Assembly (NCBI GenBank): GCA_024762335.1
Contig: JANTHO010000007.1
Coordinates: forward strand, 383-64,382
Direction: 5' to 3'
Length of the DNA stretch: 64,000 nucleotides
Source of the DNA: Acidimicrobiia bacterium
GTDB lineage: Bacteria; Actinomycetota; Acidimicrobiia; Spongiisociales; UBA5794
Part shown: positions 28,088 through 38,496 of the stretch, one piece after another
Layout of the letters: each line of letters opens with the position of its first letter
How positions within the stretch are numbered: position 1 is the first letter of the stretch
Position numbers and translations under genes: made by a program
The notes under the pieces: generated by a model
What the model saw: only the letters and a program-made list of their open reading frames with translations
Databases searched by the model: none
Told to the model about the DNA's origin: nothing

Positions 28088-28489
28088 ATGGAAGAGCCCG
28101 CCACCATCGATGAGCTCCTGACCGAGATCGTGAAACTCACCGCCGGCATCGAAGCAGCGGACCCCGGTTCGACGGAGCGCGAACGTCTCGAGGAACGACG
28201 AGACTCGCTCCGAACCCTCGCCCGGACGGCCCGCGACAACGCACGATCAGACGCCGACCTCGAAAACGAGCTCGGAACGCTCCTCCGTCGACTGGCACAC
28301 ATCGACGATCGCCCCATCGACAAGGGCTGGACCGAGAAGACGAACTACCGCTGGTTCAACGACCCCGGGGCGTATTCGTCACAGATCAACCGGAAGATCA
28401 ACGAGCAGGATGAAGATGAACGCGCCGACATCGTGAAGCGGATCGCGGAGATCGAAGCGGTACTGTCGGCCAGATCATCCGACGCGTAG
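28088..28489 (+). CDS. Hypothetical coiled-coil protein
   Basis: ATG at 28088 (MEEPATIDELLTEIVKL...) inside ORF 28013..28489. It is charged and helical, with no motif recognised. Confidence 0.5.
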   Translation: MEEPATIDELLTEIVKLTAGIEAADPGSTERERLEERRDSLRTLARTARDNARSDADLENELGTLLRRLAHIDDRPIDKGWTEKTNYRWFNDPGAYSSQINRKINEQDEDERADIVKRIAEIEAVLSARSSDA

Positions 28490-28513
28490 GCCCGGTAGCC
28501 GGAGGGACCCCCC

Positions 28514-28807
28514 CTACCCGACCGGTTCCGTCAGTTCGCGCAGTGTCCGGTAGGGATAGATGCCGTCGGCATGCCCGTCACCGAACGTGAAGCGGATGGC
28601 GTAGCCGCCGACGAGAACGGCATCGGCGATCTCAGACTGGTTCCCTAATTGGATGAAATGAGCGACGTTCGCATCCCGCTCACGGCACTCGGCACACGGG
28701 CAGGCGTCGCGAAGTCGCTTCCCGGTGATGCTCCCGGTGCTTCCATCGTTCCAGGTGATCGTCACCGACCCTCGTTCGACATTGATGTGCTCCGGTTCGT
28801 GTCCCAT
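28514..28807 (-). CDS. DUF971 family protein (gamma-butyrobetaine hydroxylase N-terminal-like)
   Basis: 97 aa with the pattern VTITWNDGS...CPCAECR...GGYAIRFTFGDGH. Confidence 0.8.
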   Translation of the reverse strand: MGHEPEHINVERGSVTITWNDGSTGSITGKRLRDACPCAECRERDANVAHFIQLGNQSEIADAVLVGGYAIRFTFGDGHADGIYPYRTLRELTEPVG

Positions 28808-28842
28808 TGCGACAACGCTACCAGGCTGCCTATCTTCGCAAC

Positions 28843-30078
28843 ATGCCGGTTCCGCAGATCCATATTCGTCCCGGGCACCCGGACTTCCTCGATCTTCCCT
28901 GGGATCGACCGATCTCTCGATGGAGCGACCCGCGTCTCGTCGACATGCCGACGGGGATTCACCGACATCCCGTCGTCTTCGTCGCCTACGAGGAGGGGGT
29001 CTACGCGATCAAGGAACTCCCCGTTCGCCTCGCGACGCACGAGTTCGAGACCCTCCGAGCGTTGTCTGAACGCACGAACCGTTCGGCGCGGCCGGCCGGA
29101 CTCGTCGTTCGATCCTGGATCGACCCGGGTGAGGAATGCTCGGGAGCGGTCATCACTCGCTTCGTCGATTACGCGTTTCCCTATCGAGAACTCGTGTCCG
29201 GCGGTGGATTCGGATCACGTCGCACGCAGATGCTCGATGCCTTCGCAGGGCTCCTCGTCGAACTCCATCTCTCCGGGTGCTTCTGGGGTGACTGCTCGCT
29301 GTCGAACGTCCTCTACCGGTACGACGCGGGCGCCATCGAAGCGGTCATGGTCGACGCCGAGACGTCACGGCTCCACGACGAGTTGACCAGGGGCCAACGC
29401 TACGAGGACCTCGACATCATGCAGGTGAACCTCGCCGGCGACATGGCCGACATTGCGGCGTCCCAGGGATACGACCTCGACGAGGCCGATCTCGAACTCG
29501 GATTCGACATCACCGATCGATATCGGCTGCTCTGGAAGGAGTTGACGGCGGACCTCGTCATCAGAGCGGACGAGCGCTACCGCATCCGCGAGCGGATTCG
29601 GCGACTCAACGACCTCGGTTTCGCCGTCGACGACGTCGACATGACGCCCGAGGGATCTTCGCAACGGGTTCGCATCTCGGTGCGTGTCGGCGGCCGGACG
29701 TTCCATTCTCAACGGCTTCGCGAGATCGCCGGAATCGACGCATCGGAGAACCAGGCACGACAGATCCTCAGCGATGTCGCCTACCACGAAGCCAAGTACG
29801 GTGAACGGGGTGAAGACCGTTCGCCGACCGGAAAGGCCGTGGCAACGATGCGGTGGCGGATGACTCAATTCGAACCGTTCACGAATCGAATCGCCCACCT
29901 TCGCCCCGATATCGACCCGATCCAGGGCTACTGCGACTACCTCAACTTCCGGTACAACCTCGCGACGGAACGACAGCAAGACGTCGACAGCGACCAGGCA
30001 TTCGAAGAGTGGATCGACGCCGGCATGCCCGGTTTCGATCCGGAACTCACATCCCAGGAACCGGAGACGCTCCGGTAG
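28843..30078 (+). CDS. DUF4032 domain protein (kinase-like fold)
   Basis: The ATG at 28843 (MPVPQIHIRPGHPDF) is preferred. The listed TTG at 28807 would overlap the divergent DUF971 start. The segment GCFWGDCSLSNVLYR is typical. Confidence 0.72.
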   Translation: MPVPQIHIRPGHPDFLDLPWDRPISRWSDPRLVDMPTGIHRHPVVFVAYEEGVYAIKELPVRLATHEFETLRALSERTNRSARPAGLVVRSWIDPGEECSGAVITRFVDYAFPYRELVSGGGFGSRRTQMLDAFAGLLVELHLSGCFWGDCSLSNVLYRYDAGAIEAVMVDAETSRLHDELTRGQRYEDLDIMQVNLAGDMADIAASQGYDLDEADLELGFDITDRYRLLWKELTADLVIRADERYRIRERIRRLNDLGFAVDDVDMTPEGSSQRVRISVRVGGRTFHSQRLREIAGIDASENQARQILSDVAYHEAKYGERGEDRSPTGKAVATMRWRMTQFEPFTNRIAHLRPDIDPIQGYCDYLNFRYNLATERQQDVDSDQAFEEWIDAGMPGFDPELTSQEPETLR

Positions 30079-30814
30079 CACCGCCATCGACCGGCAGCGT
30101 CACACCGGTGATCCACGACGCCGCCTCCGAAGCAAGGAACGCCACCGCAGCCGCTACGTCCTCCGGCTCACCGATCCGCTTCAGCGGGTGCAGGGACGCC
30201 GTGTGATCCTCTATACCATTCCACAGCATCGAGGACAGTCGGGTGCGTACCACCGAAGGTGCAACGGCGTTCACCCGAACCTTGGGTGCAAACTCGAACG
30301 CGAGCTGACGGGTCATGTGGATCAGGGCCGCTTTCGAAACGTTGTACGCGCCGAGCGCCGTACCGGGTTGCAGTCCGCCGACCGATGCGACGTTGATGAT
30401 GACCCCGCCGGATTGATTCATCGCACGGCGCCACACCTCCCGGGACCAGATCAGCGGCCCCTTCTGGTTCACGGACCATGTCTTGTCGATCGCACCCAGG
30501 TCGACGTCGGCGATCGGACCGGCGGCCGGGTTCGTTCCTGCGTTGTTCACGAGAACATCGCATGCACCGAAGCGATCGAGAACGGCCGATACGGCTGTCG
30601 CTGCGGCGTCGGGGTCGTCGGCTCTTGCCTCGATGGTGAGGAGACGATCTGGATCTCCCAACCGTCCGGCCGCTTCGGCCAGATTCTCGGCACGGCGCGA
30701 TGTGATCGCGACACCGCGCGCTCCGGATGCGAGAAACTCGGCGGCAATTGCCTCACCGATCCCCCGGCTCCCGCCGGTCACGAGCATCACCTGGTCGTCG
30801 AATCGAATCTCCAT
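30047..30814 (-). CDS. SDR family oxidoreductase (FabG-like)
   Basis: Motifs are TGGSRGIGEA, NNAG and YNVSKAAL. Length 255 aa. Its 3' end overlaps the convergent DUF4032 gene by 32 bp. Confidence 0.9.
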   Translation of the reverse strand: MEIRFDDQVMLVTGGSRGIGEAIAAEFLASGARGVAITSRRAENLAEAAGRLGDPDRLLTIEARADDPDAAATAVSAVLDRFGACDVLVNNAGTNPAAGPIADVDLGAIDKTWSVNQKGPLIWSREVWRRAMNQSGGVIINVASVGGLQPGTALGAYNVSKAALIHMTRQLAFEFAPKVRVNAVAPSVVRTRLSSMLWNGIEDHTASLHPLKRIGEPEDVAAAVAFLASEAASWITGVTLPVDGGATGASPVPGM

Positions 30815-30825
30815 AGGCCCTCCGT

Positions 30826-31329
30826 TCAGTGTCCACCGCGGCGGACGCCACCGTACTTCATCCTCGTGTCTTCCATCCGGGCGACGGGCACGTCGCGACC
30901 TCCCTCGCGGAATCCGGCATCGACGACCTCTCCGAGGAAGAGATCATGGGTCACGAACTCGACGGTCTGGACGAGGCGGCACTCCAGCCAAGCCACCGCT
31001 TCGTCGAAGATCGGGACACCCGTGATCCCCTCCCGAACCGGGCGGCCGTTGAGCGTCGATCCGTCTCTCGTTGCGGGTTTCGAGAACGATCGGAAGATCC
31101 GAGTGTCGGTTCGATCCCACAGATTCACGGAGAAAGCACCCCCGCCGCGAATGAGTCGATTCGTAACGGCCTTCCGATCTACGGCGATGGCGATCATGAC
31201 CGGTTCCATGGATACCTGGGTCACCCACGACTGGGTCATCCCGTTCCACTCTTCTCCCGAACGCGAGCCGATGAGGCAGAGCGCGTTCGGAATCGTCCAT
31301 GTGACGGCGTTCAGGGTCCCTGTATCCAC
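30826..31329 (-). CDS. Flavin reductase-like (FMN-binding split-barrel) protein
   Basis: 167 aa with a pattern typical of the flavin reductase domain (MTQSWVTQVSMEPVMIAIAV..., HDLFLGEVV). Confidence 0.8.
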   Translation of the reverse strand: MDTGTLNAVTWTIPNALCLIGSRSGEEWNGMTQSWVTQVSMEPVMIAIAVDRKAVTNRLIRGGGAFSVNLWDRTDTRIFRSFSKPATRDGSTLNGRPVREGITGVPIFDEAVAWLECRLVQTVEFVTHDLFLGEVVDAGFREGGRDVPVARMEDTRMKYGGVRRGGH

Positions 31330-31375
31330 GGTCTCCTCCGGGTCATCGGGTGCTGTTCCACCCTAGAATGGCAGG

Positions 31376-31867
31376 ATGCACGTGCTCATCGCGACTTCGG
31401 GTGTGCTCAGCCCCGAACCCGCCGTCGAATTTGCTCGCCGGCTCCTCGGCCAACATGGAAGGGTGACCTTGATCACCGTCATCGAGGTCCCTCGAGCGTT
31501 CCTCGGTGAGCTCCAAAGCAGCGATGCACGCGATGCAGTCTCCGCTGGGGAACGAGCCGTTGGTTCCTATCTCGAAGAGCGAGGCCGCAAGATCGTCGAA
31601 CCGGTGCGGATCGCCCTGGAGACAGCTCGAATTCCGACCGACGTTCGGTTCCTCGAGGGAAGTGATGCGGCAGCGACGATCACAACCGCCGCGGCAGACC
31701 TCGAAGCAGATCTCGTCATCGTCGGCGCCACCCGCCCCATCTTCAACCGGGAAGCATGGGAGAGTGTCTCCGCCCGGGTCATGCTCGAATCCCGGCGTCC
31801 CGTGCTCGTCGTGCCGTCGCCGCCCGCCGACGACGCACCGAACGATTCCAGGAGCCGGGCCGACTGA
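31376..31867 (+). CDS. Universal stress protein family
   Basis: Shows a Usp-like pattern: MHVLIATSG...ADLVIVGATRP...VMLESRRPVLVVP. Confidence 0.78.
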   Translation: MHVLIATSGVLSPEPAVEFARRLLGQHGRVTLITVIEVPRAFLGELQSSDARDAVSAGERAVGSYLEERGRKIVEPVRIALETARIPTDVRFLEGSDAAATITTAAADLEADLVIVGATRPIFNREAWESVSARVMLESRRPVLVVPSPPADDAPNDSRSRAD

Positions 31868-31912
31868 CGGTCGGCCCCTTCGACTGATCTGGACCCGGTT
31901 CCCGCGCCGCGG

Positions 31913-32398
31913 TCATCTCCCCGGGACGGCGAGTTCGAACGTCGATCCGCAGAATCCCTCAACGAGATCCCGCGCTGCGAGCTCGACGGTCGTCACCGAT
32001 GCCGGGATCTCAACACCCGCGAGTGAACGTGTGAACGGCTGCTCGTCCACGTGCGGATGGGCGAGGATCCGTGTTCCGAGAACGGTCCCGTCTGGCGCTC
32101 GTACTTCCCATGCGTCCGCGTACTTCTCCCAGCCCGTGTCGGAGCTCAGAACCGTCGCCGAGATCCGATAGGTCCCGGATTCGGCCTCAATCGATCCGTC
32201 GATCACACTCGCGCATCCGACCGCTGTGTCTCCGGACAACGCTGTCGTGGTACCGCCCGGCTCTCCGCCGGGAGCGAGTTGCTCCGGTTCCGCGGCCGAT
32301 GTGCATGCCGCAAGCAGCACAGCGATGCCGAGGGCTACGACGGCGAAGCGCGCCCCGGGAACGGCCGTCGGTGCCCCAATCATCCCATTGCGTCGCAT
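31913..32398 (-). CDS. Putative lipoprotein, unknown function
   Basis: Signal peptide with a lipobox (VLLAAC). Length 161 aa. Confidence 0.6.
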   Translation of the reverse strand: MRRNGMIGAPTAVPGARFAVVALGIAVLLAACTSAAEPEQLAPGGEPGGTTTALSGDTAVGCASVIDGSIEAESGTYRISATVLSSDTGWEKYADAWEVRAPDGTVLGTRILAHPHVDEQPFTRSLAGVEIPASVTTVELAARDLVEGFCGSTFELAVPGR

Positions 32399-32988
32399 CG
32401 AAGGTCGACCTCCATACCGTTCATCTCGATGGCTTGTTCCAGCGCCTCACAGGACGCTCGCACCCTCGACTGAGCGTCGGCGAATCCCGATCCGGCGATG
32501 ATCCCATCGATCTGCTCGAACGATGTTGCCGTGGAGAGCGTTTCGAGGATCGGAGATATTCCCGATCGGGAGAGCACGAGAGCGGACACGAACTCATCGT
32601 GCCGGGCAGATACCTCCACCGGCGGGTTGAGATCCCCGAGATCCTGGATGTAACGATCCAACGCGTCACCGAGCGACGCGAACAGCACGACCGATCTGTC
32701 AACGGCTTCGCTGAGCACGGCGTCGCGTAGATCCGAACCGTCGAGGTCTCCCTGGAGATCGACGATCGCGTTCTCCATTCCCGTGGCGTACGCGCCCCGC
32801 AGGGCCTCGACCTCGGCGGTGTATCCGGACGCAAGCCCCTCGACTTCAGGTGCGTACTCGTCGAAGGAGCCGCCCGTCGTCGAACACGCCGCGCCGAGCA
32901 CAGCAGCCAACACGAAGAGTGCGACGACACGCGTCACGTTGGAAGCAGATCGCTGAGCGGCACGAAGGATTCGGCGATGGCGTTGCAT
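32380..32988 (-). CDS. Putative lipoprotein, unknown function
   Basis: Lipobox is VLGAAC. The true start is probably downstream of 32988, for example the GTG for VTRVVALFV. Confidence 0.6.
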   Translation of the reverse strand: MQRHRRILRAAQRSASNVTRVVALFVLAAVLGAACSTTGGSFDEYAPEVEGLASGYTAEVEALRGAYATGMENAIVDLQGDLDGSDLRDAVLSEAVDRSVVLFASLGDALDRYIQDLGDLNPPVEVSARHDEFVSALVLSRSGISPILETLSTATSFEQIDGIIAGSGFADAQSRVRASCEALEQAIEMNGMEVDLRCDAMG

Positions 32989-33620
32989 GCGACGTCCGAT
33001 ATCGAAGCCCGGCAGAAGAGTTCATATCGAAGCCCCGCCTCCGTCCAGCCGAGGCTCAGACCGTCGGGAACCACGATGGGAACGATGTCGCTCTTCGCTG
33101 CACCGATGCCCTCGGGAGCCGATCCGACGCGAAGCACTGAGGCCCGTCCGCTCTCAACCGTATAGGGCTCAACGGTCCACAGACCGAACGCGGCGGACGT
33201 ATCCGGGTCGAGCGCTCCGCTCGCCGGATCGAACACGAGCTGGCTGGTCACCCATCGGACATCTCCCGGAATCGTGGCCGGAAACTGTATGGTCGGGAGC
33301 GCTGAGGCGATCTCAGATCGGCTCGCTTGAACGAACCGGCTTCCGATCTGCCGACCCCAGACGGTGGCAATCGTCGCCCGGGGATCGGTGCCCGGTGGAA
33401 CCGTGGCGATGTCGTCGTTCACCCAGAGGGCGTCGCCGGCTTCGACCATCGCCTCGTCACCGATCTCGACGACGATCGAGGGAGGAATGGTCGTGGCAAC
33501 CGTCGCCGCCGTGACCCACCGGCCGGTGGCTTCTCCGACGTGTTCGAGCGGTCCCGCCTCGCCGCACGCCGAGGCGACAGCCCCAAGGACGAGAGCGATG
33601 ATCAGTATCCGGATTCTCAC
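32934..33620 (-). CDS. Putative lipoprotein, unknown function
   Basis: MRIRILIIALVLGAVASAC carries a lipobox. Length 228 aa. Confidence 0.65.
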   Translation of the reverse strand: MRIRILIIALVLGAVASACGEAGPLEHVGEATGRWVTAATVATTIPPSIVVEIGDEAMVEAGDALWVNDDIATVPPGTDPRATIATVWGRQIGSRFVQASRSEIASALPTIQFPATIPGDVRWVTSQLVFDPASGALDPDTSAAFGLWTVEPYTVESGRASVLRVGSAPEGIGAAKSDIVPIVVPDGLSLGWTEAGLRYELFCRASISDVACNAIAESFVPLSDLLPT

Positions 33621-33680
33621 AATGGCCCAAGTTTGCCACCGATCATCGAATACCGGCGTTCAACTCCCTACGATCGACGG

Positions 33681-34451
33681 ATGCCCCGTCGCATCATCGA
33701 TCTCCACCTCGACGGATACGACGACCGCACCGGCTTCGACACGGGTGTATCGCATGCCCTGCTGGAACGCGTTTCCGGTGGGATGGTCGGCGAGACGGTC
33801 CGCATCTCAGCACCGGGGCCCGTCGTTGCATTCGGAAAGCAGGACACCCACTCCCCCGGCTTCGCCACCGCCGTCGATCGTACGCGTCGGCACGGGTATA
33901 GCCCCGTCATCCGCCTGCCGGGTGGACGTGCCGCCGTGTTTCACCCGCTCACCGTCTCGTTCTCCTGGACATTTCCCGATCCCGACCCGGTCGCTGGTGT
34001 TCGGGAACGCTTCACCGAAACGGCGGATCTCGTCGTCCGGACACTCCAACTGCTCGGCGTGCCGGCAGCCGTAGGTCCGGTCGACGGCGAGTACTGCCCG
34101 GGTGAGTACAGCGTGAACCACGCCGGCAAGGTGAAGCTCGCCGGAATCGGTCAGCGGCTCGTACGCAGCGCCGCTCACGTCGGAGGTGTAATCGTCGTAG
34201 GCGACTCGGCCCGCACCCGGGAGATCCTCGTCCCGGTGTACGACGCGCTGGGTCTCGGCATGGATCCGACCACGGTCGGCGCCGTCGAAGACTACGTTCC
34301 CGGTGTCACAGTCGATTCGGCCATCGACGCCATGGTCGAGGCACTCTCGGAAAGAGCCATTGTGACCGTCCAAGCGTTTGACGACGAGACGCTCAAACGG
34401 GCATCCGAGTTGGCCCCGATTCACGTCGCACATGCGCAGGACCTTGCATGA
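33681..34451 (+). CDS. Lipoate-protein ligase / biotin-lipoate A/B protein ligase family protein
   Basis: Internal ATG at 33681 gives MPRRIIDLHLDGYDD.... Also RLPGGRAAVFH and GEYCPGEYSVN. Length 256 aa. Confidence 0.72.
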   Translation: MPRRIIDLHLDGYDDRTGFDTGVSHALLERVSGGMVGETVRISAPGPVVAFGKQDTHSPGFATAVDRTRRHGYSPVIRLPGGRAAVFHPLTVSFSWTFPDPDPVAGVRERFTETADLVVRTLQLLGVPAAVGPVDGEYCPGEYSVNHAGKVKLAGIGQRLVRSAAHVGGVIVVGDSARTREILVPVYDALGLGMDPTTVGAVEDYVPGVTVDSAIDAMVEALSERAIVTVQAFDDETLKRASELAPIHVAHAQDLA

Positions 34452-34478
34452 CCGATCTCCTCCGCCGAAACTAGAGCC

Positions 34479-35642
34479 ATGCACATCGTCATCATCAACG
34501 GCCCGAATCTGAATCTGCTCGGAACGCGGGCTCCCGAGATCTATGGATCGACGACGCTCCACGACGTCGAGGGAATGTGCAGTCGCTGGGCTGCGGAGGT
34601 CGGTGCTACGACGACCGCATACCAGTCGAACCATGAAGGCGACATCATCGACCGGCTGCAACGATCCTCGGGCGTGGATGGCATCGTTATCAACCCGGGC
34701 GCGCTCACGCACTACTCGTACGCCATCAGGGATGCCATCGAGGCAATCACGGCTCCCACGGTCGAGATCCACATCTCGAACATCCATGACCGGGAACCCT
34801 GGCGCCGAACGTCCGTCGTCTCAGATGTCTGTGAGGCAACGATCTTTGGAAGGGGCGTAAACGGCTACCGGGACGCGATCCGCCACCTCGCATCTCGAGC
34901 CGCTTGGCCGGCCGAAACGATCCCATACGGTTCGGCGGCAGACGAGGTCGGAGATCTTCGTGTTCCGCCCACGGACGGTCCTCACCCCGTCGCCGTTCTC
35001 CTCCACGGCGGGCATTGGAGGGAAACCATCGGACGCGACCGTCTCGACGGAGTGGCGATCGATCTCACGAAGCGGGGGTGGGCAACCTGGAACATCGAGT
35101 ACCCGCGCGTCGGAGGCGGCGGGAACTGGGCCACGACACCGGCATCCGTCGAAAGGGCTCTCGACGTGCTTGCGACGATGACCAAGGACCGGAACCTAGA
35201 TCTGTCCCGGGTGATCATCGTCGGTTGCGGCTCCGGCGGCCATCTCGCGATTCTCTCGGCGACTCGAGACCGCGATCCGCGGTTCATCGCCGTTGCAGGC
35301 CTTGCCCCGGTCGGTGATCTCTCGACGGCCGCTCAGATGAACGTCGGAGACGGTGCCGTCCCGGCATTCATGCGCGGGACACCCGAAGACCAGCCGGAAA
35401 GGTACGCCGCCGTGTCCCCGGTCGCGCACCTTCCCCTCGAAATCCCCTTGCTCGTCGTCCACGGCGACCGCGATGAACGGATCCCCGTGGACCTGAGCCG
35501 CTCCTTCGTCGGACGGGCGGCGGATCTCGGCGACTCCGTCGTCTATCGCGAGTTCGAAGGCGTCGGCCACGAGGCACTCACGGAAACCGACTCACCGGCA
35601 TGGCACACCGTTGCAGACGAGATCGATCGATTCAGGAAGTGA
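34479..35642 (+). CDS. aroQ: Fusion protein: type II 3-dehydroquinate dehydratase (N-terminal) plus alpha/beta-hydrolase (C-terminal)
   Basis: The AroQ part (about aa 1-145) shows [47 protein letters not shown] and [14 protein letters not shown]. The hydrolase part (about aa 160-387) shows [26 protein letters not shown] and GVGHE. Confidence 0.85.
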   Translation: MHIVIINGPNLNLLGTRAPEIYGSTTLHDVEGMCSRWAAEVGATTTAYQSNHEGDIIDRLQRSSGVDGIVINPGALTHYSYAIRDAIEAITAPTVEIHISNIHDREPWRRTSVVSDVCEATIFGRGVNGYRDAIRHLASRAAWPAETIPYGSAADEVGDLRVPPTDGPHPVAVLLHGGHWRETIGRDRLDGVAIDLTKRGWATWNIEYPRVGGGGNWATTPASVERALDVLATMTKDRNLDLSRVIIVGCGSGGHLAILSATRDRDPRFIAVAGLAPVGDLSTAAQMNVGDGAVPAFMRGTPEDQPERYAAVSPVAHLPLEIPLLVVHGDRDERIPVDLSRSFVGRAADLGDSVVYREFEGVGHEALTETDSPAWHTVADEIDRFRK

Positions 35643-36843
35643 ACTCGATCAGCCGCGTCAGGCCCTCCTCGAGATCCTCATCGGAGAGGGCGAATGAGAG
35701 GCGGGCGTAGCCCGGGGCACCAAATGCCTCACCGGGAACGATCGCAATCTTGATCTCATCCAACAACAACGCGGCGAGGTCCATCGTGGTCCGGGCCGTC
35801 CGACCGTGAAGGTCGCGGTCGAGAAGACCGCGCAGATCGGGGAAGGCGTAGAACGCTCCCTCTGGTTCGGCACACCGCACGCCGGGGACCTCCCGGAGCA
35901 TCCGGACCATCGTCTTCCTTCTCCGATCGAACACGGATCTCATCACGTCAACCGCATCCAGAGGCCCGTCGACGGCGGCGATGGCCGCACGTTGGGAAAT
36001 GTTCGCCACGTTCGATGAGATGTGGCTCTGAAGCCGCGTTGCCGCCCCGACCATGTCGGTCGGACCGATCATCCAGCCGACCCTCCATCCGGTCATCGCA
36101 TAGGTCTTCGCCACCCCGTTGACAACGATCGTCCGATCCGCTGCAGCAGGTGCCACGACCGGAAGGGAATGGAATGTTGCGTCTCCGTACACGAGGTGCT
36201 CATAGATCTCGTCGGCCACGATCCAGATGTCTCGTTCGGCGGCCCACCGTCCGATCTCCGCGATGCGGTCCCGTCCGTACACGGCTCCGGTCGGATTCGA
36301 CGGCGACACGAAAATGAGCGCTTTCGTCCGTTCCGTCGTGGCGGCTTCGAGTTGGTCGATCGTGACTTCGAACCCCGATACCTCATCCGTCGGAATCGGT
36401 ACCGGGATGCCGTCTGCGAGCCGGATCGCTTCCGGGTACGTCACCCAGTACGGCGCCGGAAGCAGCACCTCGTCCCCCGGATCGAGAAGGGACTGGAACG
36501 CCAGGTACACGGCTTGCTTGCCGCCGTTCGTGATCATCACCTGAGAGGGATCGATGATCAGGCCGGAGTCTCTCGCCGTCTTCTTCGCAACGGCCTCACG
36601 AAGGGCCGGCAAACCTGCCGCCGCCGAGTATCGGAAATTGGCGGGATCATGAAGCGCTTCACGCGCAGCGTCGACGATGTAGGCCGGCGTTGGGAAGTCG
36701 GGTTCGCCCGCACCGAATCCGATGACCGGTTCGCCGGCTGAGCGCAAGGCCTTGGCCTTCGTTGTGATCGCAAGTGTCGCCGACTCGGCAACACCGGCCG
36801 CTCGCCGGGATACTGCTGATGCCGTCATGATGTTCACCTTCAC
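35632..36843 (-). CDS. aspC: Aspartate aminotransferase (class I PLP-dependent aminotransferase)
   Basis: Motifs are [19 protein letters not shown] and [16 protein letters not shown]. The likely start is the ATG at 36828 (MTASAV), which has an upstream GAAGGTG. Confidence 0.9.
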   Translation of the reverse strand: MKVNIMTASAVSRRAAGVAESATLAITTKAKALRSAGEPVIGFGAGEPDFPTPAYIVDAAREALHDPANFRYSAAAGLPALREAVAKKTARDSGLIIDPSQVMITNGGKQAVYLAFQSLLDPGDEVLLPAPYWVTYPEAIRLADGIPVPIPTDEVSGFEVTIDQLEAATTERTKALIFVSPSNPTGAVYGRDRIAEIGRWAAERDIWIVADEIYEHLVYGDATFHSLPVVAPAAADRTIVVNGVAKTYAMTGWRVGWMIGPTDMVGAATRLQSHISSNVANISQRAAIAAVDGPLDAVDVMRSVFDRRRKTMVRMLREVPGVRCAEPEGAFYAFPDLRGLLDRDLHGRTARTTMDLAALLLDEIKIAIVPGEAFGAPGYARLSFALSDEDLEEGLTRLIEFTS

Positions 36844-36896
36844 TGAGAGAACGCTTCACAATAGGCGCCGGTAAATTCATGCGATAGATTGCCCCC

Positions 36897-38399
36897 ATGG
36901 AACCATTCAACGACTACGACCGATACGACGCGATGGGCCTTGCGCGACTCGTTGCGGACGGTGACGTTCATCCGCTCGAACTCGTCGAAGCCGCCGCCGC
37001 CCGGATCGAAACCGTGAACCCCACAGTCAACGCCGTCATCTGGGAACGGATCGACGAGGCTGGTCTGGAAGCCGGTTCCGGTGTTCACGACGGGCCATTC
37101 GCCGGGGTTCCCATCCTCATCAAAGATCTCGTGGTCGAGAAGGGGAAGCCGGCGACCTTCGGCTCTGTCTTCTTCCGCAACTACATCGGCGAGACTACAT
37201 CCGAGTTCCGTCATCGCATCGACCGCTCCGGGTTCATCGACCTCGGGCGAACGAACACCCCGGAATTCGGCCTGCTTCCCACCACCGAGCCCACCCTCTA
37301 CGGCCCCACGAAGAACCCCTGGGACCTGACCCGGTCAACCGGCGGATCCAGCGGTGGCGCCGCGGCGGCCGTGGCCGCGGGGATCGTCCCACTTGCACAG
37401 GGAAGCGACGGAGGCGGATCGATCAGGATCCCGGCGTCGGCGACGGGGCTTTTCGGTCTCAAGCCGTCACGGGGGAGGAACCCGCGGCGGCCCGGCTCAT
37501 CGATCGACCACCTGTCGGTCGAACACGCCATCACGCGCAGCGTCCGGGACAGTGCAGCATTCCTCGACGCCATCTGGGGACCGGTCCCCGGCGACCAGTA
37601 CTGGGCGCCCCCACCCGGCGCATCGTTCCTGGAGGCCACCGAACGGGATCCGGATTCGTTGACGATCGCATTCAGCGTTCGCGACTTCCGAGGAGACCGT
37701 GCACATCCCGAATGCGAAGCCGCGGTGCTGGAGACCGCCCGACTCCTCGAGAATCTCGGGCACCACGTCGTCGAAGCAGAACCGGACATCAACGGTTCCC
37801 TGCTGGCCGACGCGTTCATGGAACTGTGGGCGGCGCTCGCCGCAACAGGATTCGGTCTCGTGCTACGCGGTGCCTCGCAACTCAAACCTGCCGTCGGCCG
37901 TCTCCGCCGCGTCGCCGGTGATCGTCGGACGATGCGTCTCATCAGCCGCTTCGACCAGCGAGAGACGGGCAAGCCTGCCTTCGAACCCTTCACATTCGCT
38001 CTCGCCGAGCGATCCGGTCGCAGATCGCAGGTCGATCTGCTCGAGGCAGAGCTTGCGCTGCAAACGATCGCCCACCAAACCGGCGACTTCCTCTCCACAT
38101 TTGATCTGTTCCTCACGCCCGTCCTCGGGTCACCCCCGGTTCCGCTCGGCCGGATCGATCAGAACCTGCCGTGGGACGAGTTCGTCGACATGATCTTCCG
38201 CTATGTGGCCTTCACCCCGCTCGGCAACTTTGCCGGCCTTCCCGCCATGTCGGTGCCACTGCACTGGACGCCGGACGGTCTTCCCGTTGGGTCGCACTTC
38301 CTCGCCCGATTCGGGGACGAGGAGACGCTGCTCTCACTCGCAGCGCAGCTCGAGCGTGCCCGCCCCTGGGGGGATCGACGGCCGCCACTCCCCGTCTGA
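36897..38399 (+). CDS. Amidase (amidase-signature family)
   Basis: Carries [14 protein letters not shown] and [12 protein letters not shown]. Length 500 aa. Confidence 0.9.
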   Translation: MEPFNDYDRYDAMGLARLVADGDVHPLELVEAAAARIETVNPTVNAVIWERIDEAGLEAGSGVHDGPFAGVPILIKDLVVEKGKPATFGSVFFRNYIGETTSEFRHRIDRSGFIDLGRTNTPEFGLLPTTEPTLYGPTKNPWDLTRSTGGSSGGAAAAVAAGIVPLAQGSDGGGSIRIPASATGLFGLKPSRGRNPRRPGSSIDHLSVEHAITRSVRDSAAFLDAIWGPVPGDQYWAPPPGASFLEATERDPDSLTIAFSVRDFRGDRAHPECEAAVLETARLLENLGHHVVEAEPDINGSLLADAFMELWAALAATGFGLVLRGASQLKPAVGRLRRVAGDRRTMRLISRFDQRETGKPAFEPFTFALAERSGRRSQVDLLEAELALQTIAHQTGDFLSTFDLFLTPVLGSPPVPLGRIDQNLPWDEFVDMIFRYVAFTPLGNFAGLPAMSVPLHWTPDGLPVGSHFLARFGDEETLLSLAAQLERARPWGDRRPPLPV

Positions 38400-38425
38400 C
38401 ACGGCGCGATATCCGCCGGTTTCAC

Positions 38426-38477
38426 CGTTCTGGGGGCCGCAGAAGCACCTATACGCGCGTGCGAGCCCTGGGTTCGC
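38426..38477 (-). repeat. 52-nt intergenic repeat unit (family B)
   Basis: Sequence is CGTTCTGGGGGCCGCAGAAGCACCTATACGCGCGTGCGAGCCCTGGGTTCGC. It matches 6881..6932 at 44 of 52 positions and lies between convergent stops at 38399 and 38497. Confidence 0.8.
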
Positions 38478-38496
38478 CGGGCACGGGCCGGCGTCG

